Source: Octopus sinensis
Taxonomy: Eukaryota
Length of the DNA stretch: 64,000 nt
NCBI RefSeq assembly: GCF_006345805.1
Contig: NC_043013.1
Coordinates: 50,034,001-50,098,000 of the forward strand
Reading direction: 5' to 3'
How positions within the stretch are numbered: position 1 is the first letter of the stretch; the number at the start of each line of letters is the position of its first letter. Under the pieces are notes generated by a model, which did no database searches, was not told the origin of the DNA, and was given only the letters and a program-made list of their open reading frames with translations. Below are positions 25,001 through 40,579 of this stretch, one piece after another. A program made the position numbers and the translations under genes.

Positions 25001-28000
25001 TTGCAAAGAGTGTATAATCTGTTTCTTGCTCTTGCCCTTTATATGAGATTGAGGATAGAAAGGAGGTGGGGTTTTTTTGACTTAGACTTTTGGCAAGTAA
25101 ATCATCATCATCATCATTTAGCGTCCGCTTTCCATGCTAGCATGGGTTGGACGGTTCAACTGGGGTCTGTGAAGCCAGAAGGCTGCATCAGGCCCAGTCT
25201 GATCTGGCAGTGTTTCTACAGCTGGATGCCCTTCCTAACACCAACCACTCCGTGAGTGTAGTGGGTGCTTTTTACGTGCCACCCGCACAGGTGCCAGACG
25301 GAGCTGGCAAACGGCCACGGACGGATGGTGCTTTTTACATGCCACCAGCACGGGGGCCAGACGAGGCTGGCAACGGCCACAATTGGATGGTGCTTTTTAT
25401 GTGATAACGGAATTGAAATGGAATAAGTGATGTGAAAAGTGAAAGGGGAAGACCTAGGAAGAGGTAATGTAAAAAGGTCCAGAAGCATTGGGCATACGAT
25501 AAATGAGGAAGAATCTAAGAATTGGAGAGAAAAGGTTGAAAGAAGCAGCTTCCCAAACAAAACAAAAAGGTAGGTGGGAGACATTGTAAGAGTTGATGGA
25601 ATACAAAGAAGTATTGTTATGTTATCAATCCGAATCTGCTTGAGGCACATCCAAACCGGTGAAGAAGCTGCTCACTGCATTTTGTCGTGTGTAGCTTGCA
25701 GCACCACCTACAAAGACTGCGAGATGGAAGCATTTTGGAGTAATTATTTCCTCTTCAGTCACGGACACCAGGCAGGCAGTGTTGCAAGCTGATTGAAGAG
25801 ACTGGTTCTCTTGTTTTCCCAGTTGCCATACGGTGACTGGCAGCGCTGTGCGGCAGCTCACTCTAAGTAAATTACAGAGGGAGAGTGCTAAGCAGTGGTA
25901 AATAAAATTGTTAGACTCCTCAAAAGCTCCACTATTTCCTTTTTAAAGTCCACACAGAACCAAACCCTTTTCTGTTATGGAATTTCCATTTGCAGTCATC
26001 CTTCTGGATTTATCTCTAGTAACTTCAAGAAACTTATGTTTAACTACTTCCCTTGAAAAATGTATTTTCACTTCTTTACTAATTCTCTATCAAACTATCC
26101 TTATCAAATGGTATTTTTACTACTTCTCTTTAAAAGTATCCTCTGTGTGAAAAGTCTGGCTGCATACACGTTAGCATATGTCAGGTGCATACAATTGACA
26201 ACACAGTTAATTAAGATTTATTCAGTGAGTTCTATTCAACACATGTTTACACGTGGAATTAGCAGAATCATTATTAACTTTAGATGGCTCGCAGGCGAGG
26301 TGAACAAATTAGTGAGAGAGATAGACATGAATTGCACGAAGCCATCTTGCAGTCTTGGGAAGAGCTATCTGAGCGGAAAATTCGTGGATGTAGCCAACAT
26401 CAAACTCGTGTTTGGCATCAAATAGTTGACTGTCGTGGTGGTAACAGATTCGTGTAATAAATTTTGCGTTTATTTTTGTTTCATAATATATATTTTTTCG
26501 GATGCAGCCAGACTTTTCACACAGAAATTTTAAGAAATTCTGTATGAAACTCTGTTTTAACTACTTTTTTGTTTTTTTAGCACATTGATGTAGAGCTATA
26601 TTTTATCCACCTCTATGAAATCATATTTTGCTACATCTCTTTAAAACTATGTTTAAGTTCTTTCCTGTGGTTACTATATTTTAACCATTTCCATATAGAA
26701 CTATATTTTAACTACTTCAGTATGAATCTGCATTTTACACCCCTTCACAAGAAACTGCATAGTGTGCCAGATAATTTAGAACAAAATAAAATATAATGAA
26801 AAGCAAAAATAGTTAATAGAAAAGGAATCGACAGATATTCAGAAAAATGATACTTGTTTACGTAGACAGATATATATGTTAGCTTTTGTTACAATTTATT
26901 TTTACAAAAATGAAAAAATATCACAATAGTAATGGTACTCACTGTAAGCATTTGTAACTACTTTTCAGTGTTGCAATAAATCATTAACCTTATAAATATT
27001 TGTTGTCTTTTAGGATCAGTTGCCATGGAAACCATTATATGAAACTTGGCCAGCCAATTCTGGTGATTATGTCGTTGCTGATTTAGCATGCCAGGAATTT
27101 GAATCCTTAGTAAATCAGAATAGAAACATGGAAACATTCTCCAAACAGATGGATGTTCTCTGCCAGATAATTGATGAGCTTTGGGATGCTGAATATTCGA
27201 AATATATCACAACAACACTCGAGTCAAGTGATGGCCATATCCTCAAAGAAATACCTACCTCTTTTGCTATAAATTTACAAACATTACCTTGGTTACCAGC
27301 AGAAGAATTGAAACTTGAAAACAACAATGGCACTGTAAAAGTTAGCAAGAAATCTTCTGAGCAGGTGTCTGACAGCTTGTATCTGAACTCAGATAATCTA
27401 AAGTACTTGCTTGGTCATGCTGTTTCTTATTCAAGGATTAAATTAATTAGTGCCTCTTTCTGTAAGTTCCTCAGGATTAAGACTAGTACCAATCCCCAAC
27501 ACATTAGCGATATTCTTATCAAGTGGGGAGAACGTACCAATGACTCTGACAAAGTTGAATTCTGTGGATCACTGAAACATATGAACTCTATTTACACCTA
27601 TTTGTCCAAACACCTCACCAATGATGAAGTAAAGAATATTTTCAAACATAAACCTGTGATCTTTGTACCCAGTAGTAATAACAACTTAAAATGTGACTAT
27701 GTGGTGGGCCAAATGTACAAAAGAGAAGAAATCTGGTGGAATGACAGCACAGGATTAATTGAGAAACACATGGATTTGCTGAAATCATACAAGAAAAACT
27801 GTAGTCTGAAAAGTGGGATTCAAAATTTCTACCAGAACTTAGAAGAGTTTTTCTGTGATACAGTTCGGATATCTAGATACCCCCTTCTGCAAGATTATGG
27901 GGAGCTTATTCAAGTTTTATCATACTTGGATGAAGATGGTTTGCAAAACATGAAGGAACTATTCTTTTTGATAGGAGAGAAAATACAAATATGTAATATG

Positions 28001-31000
28001 TCGAAGAAACAAGATCTCTTCGAAATGATAGAACAGCAGAAAAGAAAACTTTTTGAAATACTCCAAGGTGAAAATATATTTCCAACTGTGAAAAATAAAC
28101 TGGTCAGTTTACAAGATTTTCCAGTTATTGCAGACAACAAGGTGTATGAGAAAATGTTTAAGGATGAACTCAACTTCATTGATTTGGAATATGAAACTGT
28201 CAACAAGAAAAAAAGGAAAATTACCGGTGAGTTTTCAAATAGCTGATGTGTGACGTGCTGAGAGCTTGGCAAAAACTCTTAGAATCCCATTTCCCATTTC
28301 TATATATAAGTACTTTGCTGAAATGCAATGCACTGCTGTATGGTTAGACACTCTGATGTTATTGTAGGCATTTAATAGATATGGAAGAAACATCTGGAAC
28401 TATTTGATATCCTGTTGAATATCATGCTTTCTGCTTGAATACAAATCGGCAATGTTTGTGTAATTTCACATCCACTCAGTTTAATAAAACTGAAGGCCAA
28501 AACCATACCACTGAAAGCATCAGTACCAGGATAAGATTGGTCCATTCTGCAAATCTGTTAATCTGAAAGGTCTTGTCAGAATTTAGATATTAGTTACATG
28601 TGTTTGGTGGTTTTGCCATCTACATTATATGTAGCGGCGAGCTGGCAGAAACGTTAGCACGCCGGGCGAAATGTGTAGCCGTATTTCGTCTGCCATTACG
28701 TTCTGAGTTCAAATTCCGCCGAGGTCGACTTTGCCTTTCATCCTTTCGGGGTCGATAAATTAAGTACCAGTTATGCACTGGGGTCGATGTAATCGATTTA
28801 ATCCGTTTGTCTGTCATTGTTTGTCCCCTCTGTGTTTAGCTCCTTGTGGGTAGTAAAGAAATATATATGTGCAAAGGACAACTGAGCAAAGATGATGCTC
28901 ATCTTCAATTTAGATCATCATCATCATCATTATCGTTTAACATCCGCTTTCCATGCTAGCATGGGTTGGACGATTTTGACTGAGGGCTGACGAACCAGAT
29001 GGCTGCACCAGGCTTCAATCTTGATCTGGCAGAGTTTCTACAGCTGGATGCCCTTCCTAATGCCAACCACTCCAAGAGTGTAGTGGTTGCTTTTTACGTG
29101 CCAACTTGAAATATCTCAGCTTGAATGAAGTCATGGCCACAAAATCTTAAACTTAATAGTATCGAAGCTTTGAGTATAATGAACACCAGACCAAAGTTTG
29201 TGGTAGTTGTGATTCAGTAGTTTACTGTGGAACAGATTAATGATTTGACTGTTATGCCTCTTACAATAATTTATATAAAATTTATTTTTTAAGTTACATC
29301 AGTTAACGACTTTTCATGGCTACACCTTTCATTCTTTAAATTTTTAACCAACATTATTAGTATAATGTAGTGGATTAATGTCCATAATATCTCAAAGGTA
29401 GAAGGAATGACTGGGTGGATATATTCATAATCTGTTTGAATGATTGCATCAGCATCATCATTTTAACATCCATTTTTCCATGCTTGCCTGGGTTGGACAG
29501 AATTAATCAAGGCAAATTTTCTGTGGTCCGATGCTCTCCTTACTGCCAAACCTCACCTCTTTCCATGCAAGGTAATATTTCCTCATGGCCAGACATGTTT
29601 TCACAGAATAAAGGATATGAATGGTTTTGCTTGCAAGACAGTGCCGTTCATTTACAACTGTTATGTTATGTCAAGACAAGGAGACACATCCATCTACAAC
29701 AGGCTTCTTTCAGTTTCCATCTACCAAATCCACTCACTAAGCTTAGGTCAGTCTGACTACAGTAGAAGACAATTGCCCAAGTTGCCAGAACTATGTAGTT
29801 GGGAAGCAAACTTCTTAATCCATTTCTTTATTGCCCACAAGGGGCTAAACAAGGACAGAGAAACGAATTAAGTCGATTACATCGACCCCAGTGTGTACCT
29901 GGTACTTAATTTATCGACCCTGAAAGGATGAAAGGCAAAGTCGACCTCGGCGGAATTTGAACTCAGAACGTAATGCCAGACGAAATACGGCTACGCATTT
30001 TGCCCGGCGTGCTAACGTTTCTGCCAGCTCGCCACCTTCTTAACCACACAACCGAGTTTGTGCTTGTTTGAATGATTGCAATATTTGAAAAAAATTACAC
30101 TATTTGAAAAAATTGCAGACTATTAAATTAAGTTCAGTATTTTTGTATTGCTTTTTAGCAAGGACAAGTTAACCTTTTATGCATAGCTTATGTCTGTTTT
30201 ATAGTTGCTAACCCAAGTTCTGTTGCTCTATGAGTCATGGAGACCCTTTAACAATATGACTAAAATGCATTTCTATACTTTCATGTTAATTACATTTAGT
30301 TTGTATTTGTTTTTTATTGTTTTTTTTTTAGCTGAGAAGAGAAAATATATCCAACACTTCCTTGATTTGTTTAAGATTGGTTTTCTGAGCAATTGCATCA
30401 AAGAGGACGTCAAAACAGAATTGTACAAACCTTGCTATAAGCTGCAAAATTACATGCATCAAATTATTTATCCGATCCAATGTTACCTTTACAATACTTT
30501 CCCAGAAATCTATGAGATGTGGAAACAGTTGTGTTTCCATGACACAGTTGGCCAATGGAAATTTTCTCAGGTTAGTTCATCTGTTTCACTTCAACTGTTG
30601 CCATGTGTTTGTAGGAACATGGTAAATGTAGAATGGAATTCCTTTCTCAATTTGCTTATATTTGAAATTAGCTGAGTATCCTGTCATTGCCGGGCAATTT
30701 TCACAGTAGAATGCCTTTCCTCGCTTTCGGAATAGCTCATCCTCATAAGTTCGATTTTCTTCATTTTGATTGGGGTTTTTCAAATTTTTGAAAATTTATG
30801 ACATCCCCATCATTCTAGACCAATTTTGTCCAATTTATTTTCTTTTTGTTTTGCACTAAACACTTAAAAACAATTGGAGATGCCTTTTTCGTAAAAAAGA
30901 AAAAAAAGATTTTTTGAAAATTTATGGGTTTTTTTCAAACCTCCCTCTCAATTACCTGTTACCCTAATGCATCCACACACACTTAGCATGAACATAGAAA

Positions 31001-31362
31001 ATGAAAGAGAGTGTAGTAAATATAGAGAGAGATGGGGAGAGTTTACCATTAGAAAATGAAAGAGATAGACAGAGAGAGAGAGATTTTTTTTATTGCTGTC
31101 AGAGATTAAAAATTTTTTTAATCATGTGAAAAGTTTCAAATTTGTTAAATTGACAAACTCTTTCATGCTGAATCTGAGTTTGGAATTCATTTATTCCTGA
31201 AATATTTTAGAAAAATGTTACAGCGTTTTAAAGTTTGATTATTTTTACCCAATCAGAAAACAAAATTGTTATGTGATAGTTGTGATAAAATGAAAGTGAA
31301 CATAAAAAGCTTTAGACAAAATGAAGCCATGCATAAGAGTTAATGCATATACAGAGAGAGAG

Positions 31363-31405
<43 letters not shown>

Positions 31406-34400
31406 TATATATACCTAAAAATCAATGGAAATTGTAGTTATGATCCCTGTGCCAGTGGCACGTTAAAAGCACCATCCGAACGTGGCCGATGCCAGTGCCG
31501 CCTTGACTGGCTTCCGTGCCGGTGGCACATAAAAAGCACTCACTACACTCACGGAGTGGTTGGCGTTAGGAAGGGCATCCAGCTGTAGAAACTCTGCCAG
31601 ATCAAGATTGGAGTCTGGTGCAGCCTCCTGGCTTCCCAGATCCCGGTCGAACCATCCAACCCATGCTAGCATGGAGAACGAACGTTAAATGATGATGATG
31701 ATGATGGAGAGAGATTGTCAGTGACTGATAAGGAGTAGGGGAGTCGTTGATCTAAAAGTTGTGCTATTTCTTGCAGCAAATTATATTTTTTATTATTATT
31801 TATGGATTAAGGCAGCGAGCTGGCAGAATCATTAGCACACCAGGCAAAATGCTAGTGGCATTTCGTATGTCTTTACATTCTGAGTTCAAATTCCACCATG
31901 GTTGACTTTCATATTTTTGGAGTCAGTGAAATAAGTACCAGTGAAACACTGGGGTCAATGTAATCGACTAGTCCCCTCCCCCACAATTTCAGGCCTTGTG
32001 CCTATAGTAGAAAGGATTATTATTTATGGATGACCTTCTCTTTGGGACACAGATTTCAAAAATCACATTCATTTTTCTCAAAGTTGCACCATTTTAGAGC
32101 CTTTTGGGACCAAATACACATACACTCACATTTATATAGTTGATGTATATTAATTTTGAAGTTTTTTCTATGTTATTCTCTATTATTACATTTTTCTTGT
32201 TCTTCCATATTATTCTGAATGGTTCTGTTATACATCTTAGTAAACATATTCTTTTTCTTTTACATGTTTATGTGTTTATCATTATAATGTTAGTGGATGG
32301 AAGCACTCCGTCGGTTACGACGACGAGGGTTCCGGTTGATCCGATCAACGGAACAGCCTGCTTGTGAAATTAATGTGTAAGTGGCTGAGCACTCCACAGA
32401 CACGTGTACCCTTAACGTAGTTCTCGGGGATATTCAGCGTGACACAGAGAGTGACAAGGCCGGCCCTTTGAAATACAGGTACAACAGAAACAGGAAGTAA
32501 GAGTGAGAGAAAGTTGTGGTGAAAGAGTACAGCGGGGATCACCACCATCCCTGCCGGAGCATCATGGAGCTTTAGGTGTTTTCGCTAAATAAACACTCAC
32601 AATGCCCGATCTGGGAATTGAAACCGCGATCCTACGACCGCAAGTCTGCTGCCCTAACCACTGGGCCATTGCGCCTCCATAATGTTAGTAATATATTCTT
32701 GAAGGGTTACTTAGTGTAATGTTATAGCTATGTGGTAAAGCTAACTATGAGAATGCTATACATTTTCAGTATTACCTATATAAAAAAAAATCATGTTTCA
32801 GTAGTTCCTTCCTTTACCTAAATACTTTCTTATTTTTCTGTTTTTGTAGGTGAAAGAACTTGAAGTGTGGTATACTTTCACACGCAATACAGATATTTAT
32901 GTTCTTCAAAATGAAACCTGCATCATAAAGGACAATACGTTTTATGTTCAAGAAAATCATTTAAATTCCAAGAATCTAAACTCTCATATCGCGTTATATT
33001 TCAGCAGCAACGATCACATGTGCTATTTAAGTTTGAAGTAAGTTTCAAATTTCATTTATGGAAAATTTACATGAACCCTTGTAGTTATACACTTAAGAAA
33101 AACCAAATATCAAAGTCAATAAACAAAGAATAACATTAACCGTTTTGTTACCATATTTCTGCTGAGATGCTCTGTGTTTCTTTCAGTTACTTTAAATATA
33201 ACAAAGAAATTAGTAAAATAACTTGGTTATCATTCAGCTAGTGTTAGGAACATAAATTGTGACTAAGGTTTGGTGGAATATATAAATTAAAAACTTATGA
33301 AAACAAAACATTTGTACTCAGAGCCAGGGCCAGTTTCAGCCGGGTTGGTAACGAAAGGGTTAATGATGATAATGTCAATAATTATAGCTTGCAAAAATAT
33401 TGTTCTAGATAGAGGCACAACAATTAGCAGGTTAGAAGTTGTATGTCTTTTGAACCTTCTGTTCAGGATCTTTTGATGGATAAAATATTATGTGAACATG
33501 GCATATACGGCTGGCTAGTCCTTAAAATAGAAGTAAAAGTATTTAATTAGTCTTGTAGCTTCAAATATTAAATGTTGATGATGGCTCACTGGTGAAACTA
33601 CTAATCACTTCTGTCACATTTAATAGAAAAAAGTTACTTGAGCAGTATTATATTAGAATTTGTTCACAATAGGTGCAGGAGTGGCTGTGTGGTAATTAGC
33701 TTGCTAAACAACCACATGGTTCCGGGTTCAGTCCCACTGCGTGGCATCTTGGGCAAGTGTCTTCTGCTATAGCCCCGGGCCGACCAATGCCTTGTGAGTG
33801 GATTTGGTAGACGGAAACTGAAAGAAGCCCGTCGTGCGTGTGTGTGTTTGTGTGTCTGTGTTTGTTCCCCTAGCATTGCTTGACAACCGATGCTGGTGTG
33901 TTTACGTTCCTGTCACTTAGTGGTTCAGCAAAAGAGACCAATAGAATAAGTACTGGGCTTACAAAGAATAAGTCCCGGGGTCGATTTGCTCGACTAAAGG
34001 CGGTGCTCCAGCATGGCCGCAGTCAAATGACTGAAACAAGTAAAAGAGTAAAAAAAGAGTAAATGTGGTATCCTTCCATAACTTTTTCATAGAAATCAGT
34101 TTAATTTAATTTTGAATTTATCATTGTCTTTGCATTTTCTTTGGTTGACCACAAAATCACGATAATCCCATTTGTGTTCTTCTTTTGCAGGGAATTTCTC
34201 AGTAATGTTGGTGATAAGTTAGATTCTCCTCCAGAACTTGAATCCTTCTTATCAACTACGTCTGACATTCCTAGTGATGAAATACCATGGGTAATTCCAG
34301 CACCACCAGCTTGGTATTTTCAGGCCGTTAGCCCTGCTGAATCTATTGATCCTGTTATCCAACCTGTTAACCCAATGGATGAATGTCGTAAATTGCTTTT

Positions 34401-37400
34401 TTTTCTTTCTTGTTATTTTCTTGCAACATTGACTCTAATTTCCTTGGCAAAACCACACAGTCCATTATTTCATTGCAGTCATTACTATTTTGATTATGTT
34501 AATAATAACTTATAATTTCTTTTTATCACAGTTCCTGATAATTAGATTATCAATTAACAGCTGATCTTTTGTTCCGCGGCTCCTCTTTTGGCACCCTTTC
34601 TGTTCAATAGGTAGAAGCCCACTTTTTTCCAAGTATCTGTACAGTTCACCGGCCAAAGCACCTGACATTAGTTTCTACATTAGTGGAACACATGTTATTG
34701 GTGGGAGTTGGATACAACATATCTCTTTTCAGGATCCTTGGCACATAACAATGTCTTTCCCTTTGTCATTCAGCTAGGTACTGTGCCTTCCTGCAAGCAC
34801 TCATCTAGCTGTTGCGCCATCTTTTATGTAGCCCTTTCAGCTTCTTCATCCTTTGACCCCATCTGGTTCCAATTTGAGAATTTCCTTAACTGCTTTTTTT
34901 TATCATTTCTATAGTTATCTTTATGCCTTCTTGGCCTTCTTATATTCCTTAACCTATCTTGGATTTCCTGCAGCTACTCCACTTCATCATTATGCTCTAA
35001 AGGTCGGTCCCAGATCCTTCTCCAGAATGGCCTGCTTCCCTCTGCATCTGGTATCATTGTTTCGTGTATTTGCCCATCTAGTTCCTGAAACAGTTTTTTT
35101 TCTGATTTGATTCAAACAATCTGTTTTACCTGAATTGTTTTGTTCTATTGCCATATCTTTCCACTTTTGCTTTGATTGCTCTTACTTTTTGTTTCACTCC
35201 TTCCAATATCACATCACACCCTTTATCTCTTATTCTATATATTCCTTCCAACATTATTCTTATGCTTTCATTCTGCACCCCCCCCCCACCTCTTTTCAAT
35301 CTATCAACTTGTCCAAAATGTCTTTTTAACTTCATTTGTTTCTCACAAATTCGTCTACATTCTCTTTGTTCTTGTCTTTCGTGTCCAACTCCACCTGCAG
35401 CAACCATAGCTGAAGCCTAAATAATCTTGTTAGTCTCAGTTATATTTCCTGTCTGGAATATTCCAAGGACAGAATCTGTCCTTTCGGTTTCAACTTTGAA
35501 CTTGCCTCAATCAATGTACCCCAGATTGCGGGGTGCTTCATCCTGGTCTTCTCTAATATACCGGCACATCGTCCTCACTATGTTTTGTTGATCATCATCA
35601 CGTTCTTGTGATATAGCATTACTTCTGCTTCATTTGCTGAGAGTGCATTTACATTTACACTTTATTATTATTATTATTATTATTATTTTCATTCAATAGT
35701 TTTATTTTTATAACGTACTTTCATTTCACTACCAAGCGCAGCTCTGTGTGCCTTGAGTATGTGCTGTGATTTGTTGTGATGCTCTGATGGTTACTGTATT
35801 GAAAGTGTTCTGCATAGGATGTGTTCAGTGCCTAGTAGTGCAGCATGCCATCAAAGTGACACTGGAGTAAAATATACAAAGCCCAGTACACCTATCATGA
35901 CTACCTGTTTCTTAAGGATACACTGACACATGATTCATAACCATATGTACACAACATGGTGTTCTCATATCAAGTTTAACAGTGCATGACCTTGCAGGTG
36001 GGGCCCAGTTAGAATTTTCTTCAGGTCGAGTAGCCCATCCCACTCAAAAAGTCCCTGAATAAGAGTTGTTTAAAGATGTTAAATGAAACATCCATGTTTC
36101 CAAAGGTGAATTATTCAAACCCCAAAGAATTCCTCTCACCACACGGCTATGATGCTCCCCCACTACTTCTGCTCGTGATCAGAGATGCACATGTCGTCAG
36201 CCACTAAGGGACATGGTCAACTGGTTAAGATCAAACAACTGACAAGCAAACTCGTGATATTGAGCAGAATATTCGCTGTAGCCCATCTTTTATACCAAGA
36301 CAAAACAATGTACATGATGACACTACCAATCAGTTAAGATGGTACTACATCAAGGCAATTATTATTATTATTATTAATTATCATCTTTGCACAGCTTCTA
36401 AAACTGGAGATGTACTGTGGTGCCAGTTGTTCACTACCAGTGAACTAAGGTAACACCCCTTACCTTTTGAGCACCATCAGGAGTATTTGAGCAGTTCCAA
36501 GCAGTGCTGTTTTCTGCAAGTGCTCCACCCTTATTGCAGCCCCTATTTGTTCCATGAACTTCTCAAGAGTTTTACTTACTGTTCCCTGGGCTCCGGCAAT
36601 TATTGGTACTGCTACAACCTTTTTCATTAACCACAACTGCTTATCCTCCCAAGCTAACCTGTCATATCTATCGACTTTTCTTTCTTCCTTATTGAATACT
36701 TTGTTGTCAGCTGGGCATACTATATCTATGATCCAGCATTGTTTGCTTTCTTTCTCAATTAAGACTATGTCTGGTTTCCTATTCTCAGTCTCATGGTCGC
36801 ACTGAATCATAAAATCCCATAGGATCTTTGCATTATCATTTTCGATGATGCCTTTGGGTTTATATTTGTACCACTTTTTTGCTCTGTCAAGTCCATACTT
36901 GTTGCAAAGTGTCCAATGGACAATCCTTGCTATATTGTCATGACGTTTCTTATATTCTTTCTGGGCTAGTGGCGTACATTGGCTGGTAATATGCCATACG
37001 GTTTCACCATTTTGTCTACAAATTCTGCACTTAGCACTTTCTGATGTGTTGTCTATTCTGTATTTGTTGTAATTCGTTTTCAATGCTTGCTCTTGGGTAG
37101 CACAGATTAGAGCCTCCATTTCTGGTTTTAAATCACTTTTTTCCCTGTCTGTCTTATCTTCAACATACATTCTTTTCTTTATCCACCTATTTTCAGTTTC
37201 ATTCATTCTCAAGCACTTATATATTGCTTTATCTTTGCAATCTTCCATCCTACACAAGCCTGACCTTCTTACTTCCAATAATAGCGGTTCTGTGGCATTT
37301 TTTTACATACCATGCTATATTGTTTTCTTCTTCTCTGATGCTGTGTTCGCATTCAATCAGTCCTCTTTTTCTTGATACATACAGTCTATCTGTGTTACTT

Positions 37401-38862
37401 TTTGGTTGGAGTATTCCATATCTAGTCAGTAACTTCCTTGTCTTTCTGTCTAAGCTGTTTAGTTCATCTACTGTCCGTACGATTACCCCTACTCTACATC
37501 TAAGGATTGAAACTGCCCAGGTGTTGATAGCTTCAGTCTTATTCCATCCATTTAATTTCAAATTAAGAGTCAGTCTCAGCCTGCACAGGTACTCCACCTT
37601 AAATTTTTCTGTCATTTGTTTCTCCATCAATTTATTCATTTCCAATATGCCCCCAGTACTTATAGGCCGTCTCTTCTATTTGCTTCATAACCTCCTCCAA
37701 CGGTATCGTTAGCCCATCCATACATTTAATTTTGCCTCTCATCAAGACTAACACACCACAAATTTTCAGTCCAAACTCCATCTTGATATCTGCAGTGAAA
37801 GTATACACCGTATCAACGAGGGAACTGATTTGGGATTCATCTTTACCATAAAGTTTGAGGTCATCCATGAATAACAAGTGGTTGACTTTTTGTTGGCAGC
37901 TTTTGAATACATACCCAGCTTTTGCTTTCCTCAGTATCAGTGTTAGTGGGATCATGCACAGTACAAAGATCAGTGGGGACAGGCAGTCTCCTTGGAAGAT
38001 GCCTCTCCTGATTATTATTATTGTTGTTGTTGTTGCTGTTGTTTTTTCGTTGTTGTTGTTGTTGTTATTATTATCTTTGTAGAAGCTTCAGTCAAAGGAA
38101 ATATGGAACCAGATCACAAGGCCAACACATCTAGTGGCATAGTTTCTTGGCCACCGGCGTCTTCTGCAGTGATGAAAGAAAATTTGGAACCTAAAAGTTA
38201 GTATCACACCATTAAAGTGTACTCACTTAAGTATGCCTGTGCACATAGGCATACTCATATCAGTGGAGTTAATTTTTTACATTTATTCAATATATTCTTA
38301 TATATGTATTTTACTATCAATAAAATCTCTCATACAAGGTAATATCTAATAAGTAGATTACATCACCAGATCATCAGAAATTGCATAATAAATTAAAAAA
38401 ATTTTGTTGTCAACATAGAATTTGAACAGTGTTATTGTAACCAAACACATGAAGTTTTCGACATGAGTTATATGTTAGATCAGTATACCTCACTGTACAA
38501 ATGTATATGTGTGTGTTCTTTACTTTAATGTGTGTCTACCTTATTCATGACAAAAATGAGCAACATGAATGTATACTTTTCTCCTTTTTGCTGGCAGAGC
38601 ATCGTATATTGGTTGGTTGGATTATGATATTACTCTTTTTACTCTTTTTTTTTTTTTTCAACTTGTTTCAGTCATTTGACTGCGGCCATGCTGGAGCACC
38701 ACCTTTAGTCGAGCAAATCGACCCCGGGACTTATTCTTTGTAAGCCCAGTACTTATTCTTTGTAAGCCCGGTACTTATTCTATCGGTCTCTTTTGCCGAA
38801 CCGCTAAGTGATGGGGACGTAAACACACCAGCATTGGTTGTCAAGCAATGCTAGGGGGAAAA

Positions 38863-38893
<31 letters not shown>

Positions 38894-40256
38894 CATATAT
38901 ATGACAGGCTTCTTTCAGTTTCCGTCTACCAAATCCACTCGCAAGGATTTAACTACCCAGCTTCTTTTCTTTCGTTTTTCTTTTTTCATTCTCTGGCTTT
39001 GAAGTGGGTGGTGCCCACGGTCCTCATAGACCAGTGAGATTGAGGCCGTTAATGTTACAGTCGAATCTTTGTAAGTTAATACCAACAGGAATGATATGAA
39101 CAAAATCTGAATTCCAGAGTGCTAACATTCCTGGAAGAAAGGACTGGCTATTGGGATTAGTGTGATGAAAGGAAGAGAGATGAGTAGGCTGCGGATGCCA
39201 GATGTTGCTCCAAGAATCAGAGACCAGTATAGCAGCATGTTCGTGATGTCAGTTTGTTTTTGCCATATGGTGTCAAGGTTATGAATGCAAGAAGCATGGT
39301 TGTGGAATGTTACGCATGATGAACACTAGTGTTACCTGCATAAGGGCAGGTGTTGTTGGATGTAGTGGCAAGTTATGCATGTGTAGAAGCTGGAGGACAA
39401 AACTGGATCTTTGGGTAAGCTGGAATTAATAGGATGAGAGACAGAACGACACACATGCCAGTATAGCAATTCATGTGATGAGAAATGGGGTAGTTCCTTT
39501 TGTGATTTGTACAGTGATGTACATATAGTTGTGTTTTCTCATAAAAAAGTATTTTCATTAAACATATTTTGATATATTTTTTTTTTATTTTAATTTTAAA
39601 TAGTCTTCAGACCTTCTTGAACATCAGATATCTGGCAAAAAAATATTTATGAATATTTTAGGGCATCATTTGAGTATGATCGTTACCAACGTCGCCTTAC
39701 TGGCACTTGTGCATGTGCTCGTAGGGTGCTAATCCGAGCGTGATCGTTGCCAGAGCAGGCAACTGGCTTCCGTACCTGTGGCACGTAAAAGGGCACCATT
39801 CAAGCATGATCGTTACCAACGTCGCTTCACTCGCACATGTAAAAAGATTCGAGTGAGGTCGTTGCCAGTTCCGCCTGACTGGCGCTCGTGCCAGTGGCAC
39901 GTAAAAAGCACCCAATACACTCTCGGAGTGGTTGGCGTTAGGAAGGGCATCCAGCTGTAGAAACTCTGCCAGATCAAGATTGGAGCCTGGTGCAGCCATC
40001 TGGTTCGCCAGCCCTCAGTCAAAATCGTCCAACCCATTCTAGCATGGAAAGCGGACGTTAAGCGATGATGATGATGATGATGATGACTAAAAGAAATTTT
40101 TTTTATCAGACAAGCTATCTAGTTAAGAGGTTCACTTTGGAATCACAAGGTTTCATGTACTGTCTCACTGGTAATTTTGGCAGCTGTGCCTTTTACTGTA
40201 TAGCCTTGGGCTAACCAAATACTTATGAATGAACTGGTTGGTGGGAACTGTCTTTT

Positions 40257-40288
<32 letters not shown>

Positions 40289-40514
40289 AGACAAATGGGC
40301 TGAGGTTTACTACAGCTGTTTGAGACGTGTTTTTATTGATAAACAAATCTATACACTTATACACACCCACACACAATCACACACAAACGTGTGTATATGT
40401 ATATATATATGTATGTGTCTGCTTTCTGTATATGTATGCCTACATACCTCAGCTTGGTGATAAGTGCCACCACATGAATCTCTCAGTCCTTGAAGTATTC
40501 TGTAACTTATGCAT

Positions 40515-40579
<65 letters not shown>

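Noticed and set aside
35853-36350. Segment between RLE fragments as a further repeat
   Set aside because: Single occurrence in the window with no recognisable motif; cannot be classified without a search.
38960-39420. Possible L1/Tx1-like zinc-knuckle remnant on the minus strand
   Set aside because: Too degenerate to support from sequence alone.
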